This document shows, piece by piece, positions 30,418-39,274 of a stretch of 64,000 nt of DNA. The DNA comes from Chitinivibrionales bacterium (GTDB lineage Bacteria; Fibrobacterota; Chitinivibrionia; Chitinivibrionales; WJKA01): the NCBI GenBank assembly GCA_038247415.1, contig JBBRUX010000018.1, forward strand, positions 1 through 64,000, written 5' to 3'. The position numbers and the translations under genes were made by a program. Numbering within the stretch: position 1 is the first letter of the stretch; the number at the start of each line of letters is the position of its first letter. Under the pieces are notes generated by a model. That model made no database searches. It worked only from the letters and a program-made list of their open reading frames with translations, and was not told the DNA's origin.

Positions 30418-33400
30418 TTAAAACTTAAGATCAATGCCGAGATATATAAAAGGGATTGGCCAATTCATGGCAAAGGATTGGGCCCCCCCACCCTTTCTAT
30501 CCCTCAGCAAAAAATTGGGAACATTAGTAGGATTCCATACCTCCAAATATAAATGCCCAGAAGAATGTTTGAGCTCAAATCCTTTAGAAATTTTAAAATC
30601 AAACCGATGATACGGAGCGTAGCGTTTATTATTATACGGTCCAATAACTAAAGCAGAGTCACCCTTTGTGCTAAACTCGGTATAAGGTACCCCCGACATA
30701 AAACGATACTTAACGGCAATTTCATATTTGCGGGGCAGGCGATAATAATTGACTAAATAAAGCAACAAAGGCCTAGAAAAAGGCGAATCATGCCAGCGCC
30801 ATCCGGGATTACGTTGACGAATAGAATTTCCCAAACTTGCCGAAATCCACCCACTCCAAAAATCGGCAGGGTTGTACCGCAGCATATAGTCAATCCCATA
30901 CGCAACGCCTTTCCCACTGTTTTCGAATGTGCTTGTATAAATACCATCTTTACCGGTAATCTGGTGGATGATTTCTTCGGTAGTCATTGGATTATTTGGA
31001 TCATTTACTCGTAGAATATATTGCTGCAAAAGCTCTCCGGTTGTATCGGATATCAATCTATTTACAAAATCTGAAAAATCCTGTGTTATAAATTCACTCG
31101 TAAGGTCAAAGTAATACTTTCCATAAATATCAACTTTATGCGTAAGCCAAGGCAAAAGCCTCCGCTCCTCGCCAATGCTTGCGTGCCACACTTTTTCTGG
31201 CTTAAGCTGGTCGGATAGTGCAAGCGATGCCAAATCATAATTGTTCTGGGTATACATTCCTAATGCACCAATCAACTCATGCGTTTCATTGAGGGAATAC
31301 TTAGCGCAAACGCGAGGAGAAGGCATAAGCGTGGCATCGGCCGAAGAAAACTCAAGTCGCATACCCCACGATAACGCCAACCGATCGGTTGCATGCCATT
31401 CATCCTGTATGTATCCATTAACCCCTAGCGATGTGCTCGTACCCTTATAGCGGGTGTACATCCCGGCAAGTATCGATCCGAAAAACAAGTCGTTGGCCCC
31501 GAAATTGCCTGCATCATTTCCCGTGTACACTGCGCCAGAATCGCCTGTTAAAGGCCCTATATAATCGGCATAGTTGGAATTTCCTTCGACAATCAACTGA
31601 TGCAAAGCTCGCAACATATCGACATTAAAGCGGGAATACGACATATCGAGCTGGATTCCGCTATTGACAACGTGATTAGCCCATCGAGTAGAAATCAGCC
31701 CTGCTGCCAGATTAACTATATCAATTGACACATCATAACGAGGGATACTTGTTGTTCCCACAAAGTCATCATCTAAAAATGGAACTGAAACATTCCACCA
31801 GCGCTTCTGCCATGCTGCTGTAAGAGTGCCAAGCCGATGCATATCAATTGTTTTTTGGGCTTTTGCGAAGAGAATATTATAATATGAACGATAATACAGC
31901 GAAGTGTCGGTTTTTATCCCACTAGTGGGATTTACAAGGGTTCCAAAAGAATCTGTTACACTGGAATCAGAGGTATAGCTAGGGCTAGTAAGTTTAGAAA
32001 GATCCGAATTGAATATTTCCTTAACTGTCAGATCAACTCCTTGAGGAGTACGGAAATCCAACCCAATTGATGCGTCACGATAATCGGGAAGATTGATTGT
32101 TTTCTTGAATTCATTTACATATTGCATTTCGCCTTGCATCGATCCAGCCACATCAAGCACCCGCTTGAAAATAAAATCCTGCCAAGATCCTTGAGCCGAG
32201 GCGTTGAGCGCTATACGTTCTTTATTTAAGGGGACCGATAGGTATGCTCCCCCTTGAAGCATATTCAAATCGAAATCAAACACCGTGCTATCGAGATCTC
32301 TCCGCGATTCGAGAACTACAAGGCCCGATTGGGCATTATAATATTGAGCAGGAAACCCGGATTTATAGAGCGTCAAACTTTTCATGGCAAGTTGATTTGC
32401 AGTAGATCGAACACCTCCATAATGATATGGTTGAATAAGCGAAAGCCCATCCATGATTATTCGGGATTCGAGGGGATCTCCACCACGAATAATAGGCTGA
32501 GCCGACATATCGCTTTGAGCTGCAACGCCTGGTAAGGTTTGCAAAACGCGTAGGGGATCGTTCGTGGTTGCGACAGTGCGAATAAGTTCTTTTTGACTGA
32601 TTGTTGTTTTGGCTACCGATGACGTAACATGAAGTGCTTCACGTTTTGCAGAAACATTAATTTCTCGTCGGATAGCGCGCTCGCCAATCTTGGTTGTCGA
32701 AAGTGTAACGTATGGTTGCTTATCGGCATTCCCTAGAACAATCGGCTCGAAAATTTCTTTATATCCAGGAACCACAACTCTAAAAACATGCCTGCCACCG
32801 ATATAGGTTTGGATTTTAAACGCAGAAGCTTTTGAAACGGGGATGATTGTCGAATCGAAATAAAGCACCATGCCATCTATCGAAAGCGCAAGATCATTAG
32901 CGGCATTGGTTATGCTCCCGCTTATAGTCCAAGGAATTTTTGCAGAAACACGAGGTTCTTCGGTAACTCGTACATTTTTAGTTTCTGCTTGCTTAAGGGG
33001 GACAAGTGCACAGGTTACAAAATAATATAGTTTACTATCTGCTATTTGTATCATTTTCGAGAAGTGTTCGTATCCAAAAGCACTAATTTCTACAAAATGC
33101 ACTAAACCACTTCCCACCCGCCCTTCAAAGTTGCCTGTAGAATCAACATTTACAGAAAAAGAGTCGATAGTGACAAATATTCTATCGGATTGGGGAAATA
33201 CACTGGTAAGCGAATCAATGATTGCTCCTCCAATTACAATCCCCGATTCTGCTTCAACGCTGCTGTTGCTTGAATGTGCGGTTGTTATAGAATCATTAAT
33301 TGCAAGAGAATCTTGTACCCCGAGTTGCGCATCTCCCAAATCTTCCATATTAAACTGCATAGCTTCAGGGGTTACGATGGTACTCTCCGCAAACACCATG

Positions 33401-33447
33401 CAACACAATATCAGGATCAATCCAAAAAAGTTGCGTTTAGATTCCAT
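30418..33447 (-). CDS. TonB-dependent receptor with N-terminal carboxypeptidase-regulatory-like extensions
   Basis: Plug DPLRVLQTLPGV...IIRGG; YIQDEW; SPRV; LKPEK; YHRFDFKISK; terminal Phe. Confidence 0.92.
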   Translation of the reverse strand: MESKRNFFGLILILCCMVFAESTIVTPEAMQFNMEDLGDAQLGVQDSLAINDSITTAHSSNSSVEAESGIVIGGAIIDSLTSVFPQSDRIFVTIDSFSVNVDSTGNFEGRVGSGLVHFVEISAFGYEHFSKMIQIADSKLYYFVTCALVPLKQAETKNVRVTEEPRVSAKIPWTISGSITNAANDLALSIDGMVLYFDSTIIPVSKASAFKIQTYIGGRHVFRVVVPGYKEIFEPIVLGNADKQPYVTLSTTKIGERAIRREINVSAKREALHVTSSVAKTTISQKELIRTVATTNDPLRVLQTLPGVAAQSDMSAQPIIRGGDPLESRIIMDGLSLIQPYHYGGVRSTANQLAMKSLTLYKSGFPAQYYNAQSGLVVLESRRDLDSTVFDFDLNMLQGGAYLSVPLNKERIALNASAQGSWQDFIFKRVLDVAGSMQGEMQYVNEFKKTINLPDYRDASIGLDFRTPQGVDLTVKEIFNSDLSKLTSPSYTSDSSVTDSFGTLVNPTSGIKTDTSLYYRSYYNILFAKAQKTIDMHRLGTLTAAWQKRWWNVSVPFLDDDFVGTTSIPRYDVSIDIVNLAAGLISTRWANHVVNSGIQLDMSYSRFNVDMLRALHQLIVEGNSNYADYIGPLTGDSGAVYTGNDAGNFGANDLFFGSILAGMYTRYKGTSTSLGVNGYIQDEWHATDRLALSWGMRLEFSSADATLMPSPRVCAKYSLNETHELIGALGMYTQNNYDLASLALSDQLKPEKVWHASIGEERRLLPWLTHKVDIYGKYYFDLTSEFITQDFSDFVNRLISDTTGELLQQYILRVNDPNNPMTTEEIIHQITGKDGIYTSTFENSGKGVAYGIDYMLRYNPADFWSGWISASLGNSIRQRNPGWRWHDSPFSRPLLLYLVNYYRLPRKYEIAVKYRFMSGVPYTEFSTKGDSALVIGPYNNKRYAPYHRFDFKISKGFELKHSSGHLYLEVWNPTNVPNFLLRDRKGGGAQSFAMNWPIPFIYLGIDLKF

Positions 33448-34219
33448 GACACCAGCCTAATCCAATATGCCATGAAAAGCCCACATTCCCCGGGGCCTGC
33501 CAATTCGGTGTGCACAGAGAAACTTCAGGAGTTACAATATCAGGCAAGAACGGCATGGAGGGGAGGAAAATTGACATCCCCGCTACTATTCGAATATTAA
33601 CTTTCTGGTCATGTCGATCTAGAAATCCAGCTTCCGAAATCGCTGTAGAATTATCTGCGACATCGGTTGAAAGGAGGTTAATGCGCACATTTGCATAGGG
33701 AAGAAGATATTTATACTCAATGCCAGCAGCATATTCGGCAAAAAAACCATTATCTACCCAAGCGCCAGCATTCCATCCTAAAGACACATTATGGTGATAA
33801 ATACTTTGTGAAAGCGCAAGAAGCGGCAGCCCACAACGAAAGTCAAATTCAGTCAAAGGCGGGCCCAATCCCTCCCCATATTGAGTAGGCCACTCCAGAA
33901 GCATCCCCACTTCCAGACCTCGCCCAAAAGGACGTTTAGGTAAAACTCCAAGGCGATAATCCAGACAATATGACGGCTTCCATACTGCCCTATAGCTACC
34001 TAGACCGAACGTCTGCCGAGCCGCTCCGACATATACTGGAAGAATTACATAATCCGTGAATTTTCTTGCCCCCACCCCAATTGTTACTTCATTCTCACCA
34101 GGATTGAGCAATTTTCCATTATTATACGAATGGGCCGAGAAAAAACAGCCGGGTATGGCTAAAACAGTTATTCCAAGAATAATTGCTACCAGACAACGGC
34201 GCACAAATGTGTGAAACAT
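33437..34219 (-). CDS. Putative lipoprotein/outer-membrane protein in the TonB operon
   Basis: Lipobox-like IPGC; beta-rich; stop overlaps receptor start; start uncertain. Confidence 0.6.
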   Translation of the reverse strand: MFHTFVRRCLVAIILGITVLAIPGCFFSAHSYNNGKLLNPGENEVTIGVGARKFTDYVILPVYVGAARQTFGLGSYRAVWKPSYCLDYRLGVLPKRPFGRGLEVGMLLEWPTQYGEGLGPPLTEFDFRCGLPLLALSQSIYHHNVSLGWNAGAWVDNGFFAEYAAGIEYKYLLPYANVRINLLSTDVADNSTAISEAGFLDRHDQKVNIRIVAGMSIFLPSMPFLPDIVTPEVSLCTPNWQAPGNVGFSWHIGLGWCHGI

Positions 34220-34413
34220 GTGGATATTCTGCGGTAAACAACGGCGCATTAACGAGTGCATAGCTATTTTCTTCATGACAAGAAAATGGTATAAATGCAC
34301 ATCTAATTCAAGCAATGGGGTAATTTATTTGAGGGAGGAAGATTTTTTGTATTCTAAAAGATTCACCATTCACATACGGTAAGACCACATTGCATCTGAT
34401 AAGTATCGCCCAT

Positions 34414-34450
34414 AAAAAAAGCGGATGCAGACTTTTAGCATGCACCCGCT
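34414..34450 (-). terminator. Intrinsic terminator in the leader of the TonB operon
   Basis: AGCGGGTGCA / TGCATCCGCT 10-bp stem followed by T tract on minus strand. Confidence 0.8.
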
Positions 34451-34595
34451 CATCCTGAATATTCAGGGCCTTTATACTCTTTTGCTCTACTCATTTCTTT
34501 GGGGAAGTTATGAGTAAACAAACGCACATTCGGGAGGTGCCTTAGAGTTTCAGGCTGGTTTCATTAAATTGTATCGGCACTTAAATGTGGGTACT
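34414..34595 (-). ncRNA. Candidate structured leader RNA or sRNA, family not recognised
   Basis: Several nested stems, a terminator and a 5' segment complementary to the terminator's 5' arm. Confidence 0.5.
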
Positions 34596-34675
34596 TTAAT
34601 TTTTTTTAAAGTATATTAAAATCTATTTTAATCTGAGCAAGAAATAAATTTAACCAACTCTATTTGGAGGGATTT

Positions 34676-37549
34676 ATGCCTAAAGCTGCCATCACGAAAA
34701 AAACAGTATCCAAAAAAGCTGCCCAGCCACTAAAAAAAGCATCTAAGCCGGCCGCACAATCTCCAACCGCCTCAAAAAATGCTCCTTTTGGCGGACTTGC
34801 GGCTCGCAATGGAACTGGCCCTCTTTGGAAATTTACCGATGCACAAGATGGTTCTTTTATTGTGCCCAATGCCGATTATATTTCTGCATTGTACTTCCCG
34901 CTCTTTAATGAAGCTGGTATGAAATGTAGCATTACACCCGAATTTAAAGGGGATACATGCCGTTCTTTCACCAACTTTCTCTCAATACCATCAGTTACCG
35001 AAGATTTTCATTTAAGTAAAGCTAGTCGTAATTTTTGGGTATATATGGAAGGTCTTCCTGCTTGGTCAACAACAGGGGTGAGTGCATTAAAGACATCTTC
35101 TATGTGGGATAGTTCACCCGAAGACGCAACCGTTCATGCTGGAATCGGATGGTTTTCTACCATCAGGACAAATCGTAAAATGGGGTTATGTGCCGAAGCC
35201 ACAGTTTTTGTTCCATCAAATAATGACATGGTAGAAGTTATGCAGGTGACCATCACCAATACCGGCAAAAAGCCAGTCACCTTTGTCCCAACGTCTGCAT
35301 CCCCTATTTTTGGGCGTTCTGCAGACAACATTCGCGACCATCGTCAAGTAACCTCCATGTTTAACGAAATCGAAATCGCGCCTTTTGGGGTTATAACAAA
35401 AGCTCGCATCCTGCATGATGAACACGGACATCGACCCAATACAACCCAGTACGCAACCTTTGCTTGCTCAGAAAAGGGTGAGCAGCCCAAAGAAATTTGG
35501 TCGAACCAGAAGGAATTTATTGGCGAAGGCGGGTCACTTGACAATCCAGAATCAGTTGCGCGCAATCTCAAGGCTCCAAAGATAGGTACATTCCTAAAAG
35601 ATGGGGTTGAAACCATTGCGGGTTTGCGATTTGCAAAAGCTACTCTTGTCCCCGGTGCCTCAAAATCATATATCATCATCCGAAGTATCAGCGATGATCG
35701 CGACTATTTTGACACTATGATAAAAAAATACGGATCAAAGAGCGCTTTTGATGAATACCTGGAAGAAACAAGCGCTTATTGGAACGATCTTATCGGGCGC
35801 ATAAGCTATACCACTGGGAACTCCGACTTTGACAATTGGATGCGCTGGGTTGTATTTCAACCCTTCTGCCGCAAAATATATGGAAATTCGTATCTGCCCG
35901 ATCATGACTATGGCCGTGGCGGCCGCGGGTGGCGAGACCTCTGGTCGGACCTTCTTGCACTCTTTTTAGTCGACCCATCTTCTACACGCTCCGATATTAT
36001 CAATAACCTTCACGGAATCCGCATCGATGGAACCAATGCAACGATAATTGGATCGAAACCAGGGGATTTTGTTGCGGATCGCAACAATGTTGTGCGTACA
36101 TGGTGTGATCATGGCACGTGGCCTTATTTTGTGGTTGATTTCTACCTTAACCAGACCGGCGACTACGACCTTCTATTCAAGGAAATAACCTACTTCAAGG
36201 ACAAATTCTCACATCGAAGCAAGAAAATTGATGAAGCATACACTACGTCAATGGGAAATTTTCAGAAAGATACTCATTCCGAAGTTTACAAAGGAACAAT
36301 TCTTGAGCATATCCTTATTCAACAGCTTTCCTCGTTTTTTAATGTGGGCATTCATAACAATTTGCTCTTAGGCGGCGGAGACTGGAATGACACGTATGAT
36401 ATGGCTCGAGACAAAGGAGAATCAGTCTGTTTCTACAACTGGTTTGGCATGAACTTGCATTGTATTGCACAGGTTCTCGACCATCTTGCAAATAACGGTC
36501 ATCCGAGCATTTCTTTACTCGAAGAAATTAAAATTTTGCTCGATTCGCTCCCTGGTCAAACCAAAATCAATTACGAATCGGTTTCTGCTAAGCACGCGCT
36601 CCTTAACACTTATTTCGATACACTAGCATCTTCGGTAAGTGGTATTAAGGCTGCTATACCCACCAAAGAACTTGCTAAAGATCTTCGTCGCAAAGCAGAC
36701 CACATTTTCGAGCATATCCGCAGCAAAGAGTATGTCACCACAGCAGAAGGGTTTAGCTTCTTTAACGGACATTACGACAACGACTCTGTGCGAGTGCATG
36801 GTGACCATAAAAACGGTGTGCGCATCGACCTAACATCCCAAGTGCTTGCCACTATGTGTGGCACCGCCAATCAAGATCAGGTAGTGGAAACATTCCGTTC
36901 AATCAACAAGTACCTTAAAAACAAAAAAACTGGTGGCCTCAGCCTCTGCTCGGATTTTGGTGAAGTAAAGCTCAATTTTGGTCGGGTTACAGGTTTTGCC
37001 TTTGGCTGGCGTGAACATGGTTCAATCTGGAGCCAGATGAATGTAATGTACCTGTATGCGCTTTACTCACGCAACTGCGTTGAGGAGGGGTATAGCGTTC
37101 TTAAAGATCTCATTATTTTGTCAATAAAATCGGAACAAAACCGTGTTTTTCCCAACATTCCTTCGTGCTTTCAGCTCAATGGCAAAGGCATGAGCAATTA
37201 TCTTACCGGTTCTCCTACGTGGCTAGTTCTTGCTATGACAAGCCTTGTTTTTGGCGTTAGGGGCAACGCTGGTAATCTGTGCATTAACCCCAAGCTTAAA
37301 AAGGAACAATTTTCTAAAGATGGGATCGCTTCAACGACCTTTAATTTTCACGACAAAACTGTCGCCCTCACCTATGTGAACAAGAAAAAACTTGAATGGG
37401 ACAAGTACGAGATCTGCAGCGCAACTTGCAATGGCACAGATTTGTTACGTAAAGAAGGATCTGCAAAAAACATGCTTCTCGTTGACAAAAATGATTTCAT
37501 TGCACTCTGTAATCAACTGGTCAATGAGATTATTGTGATACTTGCCTAA
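34676..37549 (+). CDS. GH94 glycoside phosphorylase, laminaribiose phosphorylase-like
   Basis: LYFPLFNEAGM, SRNFWV, GRSADNIRDHR, HDYGRGGRGWRDLW, DWND, YLTGS; GGAGG RBS before ATG 34676. Confidence 0.9.
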   Translation: MPKAAITKKTVSKKAAQPLKKASKPAAQSPTASKNAPFGGLAARNGTGPLWKFTDAQDGSFIVPNADYISALYFPLFNEAGMKCSITPEFKGDTCRSFTNFLSIPSVTEDFHLSKASRNFWVYMEGLPAWSTTGVSALKTSSMWDSSPEDATVHAGIGWFSTIRTNRKMGLCAEATVFVPSNNDMVEVMQVTITNTGKKPVTFVPTSASPIFGRSADNIRDHRQVTSMFNEIEIAPFGVITKARILHDEHGHRPNTTQYATFACSEKGEQPKEIWSNQKEFIGEGGSLDNPESVARNLKAPKIGTFLKDGVETIAGLRFAKATLVPGASKSYIIIRSISDDRDYFDTMIKKYGSKSAFDEYLEETSAYWNDLIGRISYTTGNSDFDNWMRWVVFQPFCRKIYGNSYLPDHDYGRGGRGWRDLWSDLLALFLVDPSSTRSDIINNLHGIRIDGTNATIIGSKPGDFVADRNNVVRTWCDHGTWPYFVVDFYLNQTGDYDLLFKEITYFKDKFSHRSKKIDEAYTTSMGNFQKDTHSEVYKGTILEHILIQQLSSFFNVGIHNNLLLGGGDWNDTYDMARDKGESVCFYNWFGMNLHCIAQVLDHLANNGHPSISLLEEIKILLDSLPGQTKINYESVSAKHALLNTYFDTLASSVSGIKAAIPTKELAKDLRRKADHIFEHIRSKEYVTTAEGFSFFNGHYDNDSVRVHGDHKNGVRIDLTSQVLATMCGTANQDQVVETFRSINKYLKNKKTGGLSLCSDFGEVKLNFGRVTGFAFGWREHGSIWSQMNVMYLYALYSRNCVEEGYSVLKDLIILSIKSEQNRVFPNIPSCFQLNGKGMSNYLTGSPTWLVLAMTSLVFGVRGNAGNLCINPKLKKEQFSKDGIASTTFNFHDKTVALTYVNKKKLEWDKYEICSATCNGTDLLRKEGSAKNMLLVDKNDFIALCNQLVNEIIVILA

Positions 37550-37562
37550 GAAATGCACACAT

Positions 37563-37603
37563 ATCCTACGATCGTTGGCGTAAGCTTAACTATCGTAGGA
37601 TTT
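37563..37603 (+). terminator. Hairpin after the GH94 gene
   Basis: ATCCTACGAT / ATCGTAGGAT arms with wobble extension. Confidence 0.6.
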
Positions 37604-37619
37604 ACATTCTTGTGCAATA

Positions 37620-37729
37620 GAGGTAATTACAAAAATCCTCACTGTCACCCTTCGACTCCGCTCAGGGTGCGATTTTGAGGCTGATTGCTGAGCGAAGTCG
37701 AAGCGAACGGAGCGTTTTGTAATAAGCTC
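37620..37729. mobile_element. 110-bp MITE-like element enclosing an inverted REP-like pair
   Basis: Terminal IRs 13/15 (GAGGTAATTACAAAA / TTTTGTAATAAGCTC); inner IR 15/16 (CTTCGACTCCGCTCAG / CTGAGCGAAGTCGAAG). Confidence 0.55.
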
Positions 37730-37739
37730 TCTAGTGAAC

Positions 37740-38096
37740 TCATGTTCCAAGTGCTACTTCCACGACTAAAAATTCGAGGTCGCTCGCCCCATCATTTACT
37801 AAACCGTGATATCCGCTAATTTTATTAAGAATCATATCCCCTTTTTGAACTTTTGATACTTCCCCATCAACTGTCATTGTTCCGCATCCCGATAAAACGA
37901 TGTACATCTCTTCATTATCGCCATGAGTATGTAACCCGATGCTTGCGTTGGGAGGCAAAACTACATGGTCAACAAAACTCCACGGCGTAGCAAAATCGGT
38001 TCCTTGCCAGACCCGGCTATAGCGCATTTCTCCAAGCCCACCTGGCTTATGTGTTGTTTTTGTTTTTGGGGCAGAGAGAAAGTTACGGATGTTCAT
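37740..38096 (-). CDS. Cupin domain protein
   Basis: IGLHTHGDNEEMYIVLSG, GYHGLVN; AAGGAG before ATG 38096. Confidence 0.9.
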   Translation of the reverse strand: MNIRNFLSAPKTKTTHKPGGLGEMRYSRVWQGTDFATPWSFVDHVVLPPNASIGLHTHGDNEEMYIVLSGCGTMTVDGEVSKVQKGDMILNKISGYHGLVNDGASDLEFLVVEVALGT

Positions 38097-38464
38097 TGAT
38101 ACTCCTTTTGTAAAAAAACAGGTTCTTTTCGATTTCAAACCGACTTAGCAAACCTAAACACAAATAAAGCATAATAACCTTATTCGTTTCAGAAAAATAG
38201 TCTTGTTCCGTGTAACTTACACAATAATGTATTGGGAAGATTTTATGTAATATTCATGAACGAGTCGATTATTAAAATTTTTCGTTAATCTACCGGTTCT
38301 TTGTAGGAGTAGCCCCATTTTATATATCATTGTGATATTTTCATTCTGGATAATTCCCGTCCTATCGCAAAACCCTCGCATTTACACTCATAATTCAGCG
38401 GCATAATAATTGCGTAAGTTATTTTCACTAAAAGTTTGCAACCCTCTTAAGCTAAGGAAAAAAT

Positions 38465-38980
38465 ATGAATCGATCAGTTGCTCTAACTATTCTGCTCGCA
38501 GGTTTCTTGACAACAGCCCAAGCACATTTCATGTCTAACCTCTTTCCCCGCAAAGACTTTGCTCATGCAACATATGGAAAATCTTCTGCTGTGCACCATA
38601 TTCTTATAAGTGGTACAAAAAGCGACTACAAAGAAGCATTTGTCAGCCGCATACTCGATAGCCTCAAAGCAGATTCTATCTACATTTCGGTGATTCCTCT
38701 TAAGGATCTTAAAAAAACACTTGTGCAAAACTATCAGGCGATTTTTCTTATCGATGTGTGCATAGCTTGGGCAGAAGAGAATAAGGTTCTTGATTTTGTT
38801 CGCAAGAACAAGAATTATAAAGGATTTGTTGTTTACACCACCGCAGGAGATCCAAACGGGTGCGGATCAAAATCATTTCCTGCGGGCATTGATGCAATTA
38901 GCTCTGCATCCGATGCAGCCAAAGTTCCTGAACTCCTTAAAACGATACTTGGAATGCTGCATAACAAAATGTCTCAATAA
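38465..38980 (+). CDS. Secreted hypothetical protein, alpha/beta fold
   Basis: Signal peptide ending AQA; AAGGA RBS. Confidence 0.7.
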   Translation: MNRSVALTILLAGFLTTAQAHFMSNLFPRKDFAHATYGKSSAVHHILISGTKSDYKEAFVSRILDSLKADSIYISVIPLKDLKKTLVQNYQAIFLIDVCIAWAEENKVLDFVRKNKNYKGFVVYTTAGDPNGCGSKSFPAGIDAISSASDAAKVPELLKTILGMLHNKMSQ

Positions 38981-39274
38981 TATACCGTACACATATGGGG
39001 GCATAGCGTTATGAGCCCCCAAAAATCCCACTCTACTTACCTGCTAACCTTTTTTGCAATCCCAAATCTTAGTCAGAACAAGGTATAATCATTTTTCTTA
39101 ATAGTAATGATTGTATCCTTAGAGTGATTTCCTCAGCAATATTCAGACAATCCCAGATTTTTTTCATACAAAACACGAAAAACAGGCTCAAATTACAACT
39201 AGATTACAGTTGAGGTATTAACAAGTATACTACATTCATTCATACATATTTACCAAAACAAGGAGCAGCCCCCT

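Noticed and set aside
34414..34595. Cobalamin or glycine riboswitch assignment for the leader
   Set aside because: No B12-box (GCCACTG, GGGAA) core; only AAACTCT-AGGC resembles the glycine aptamer, without GGAGA or CCGAAG.
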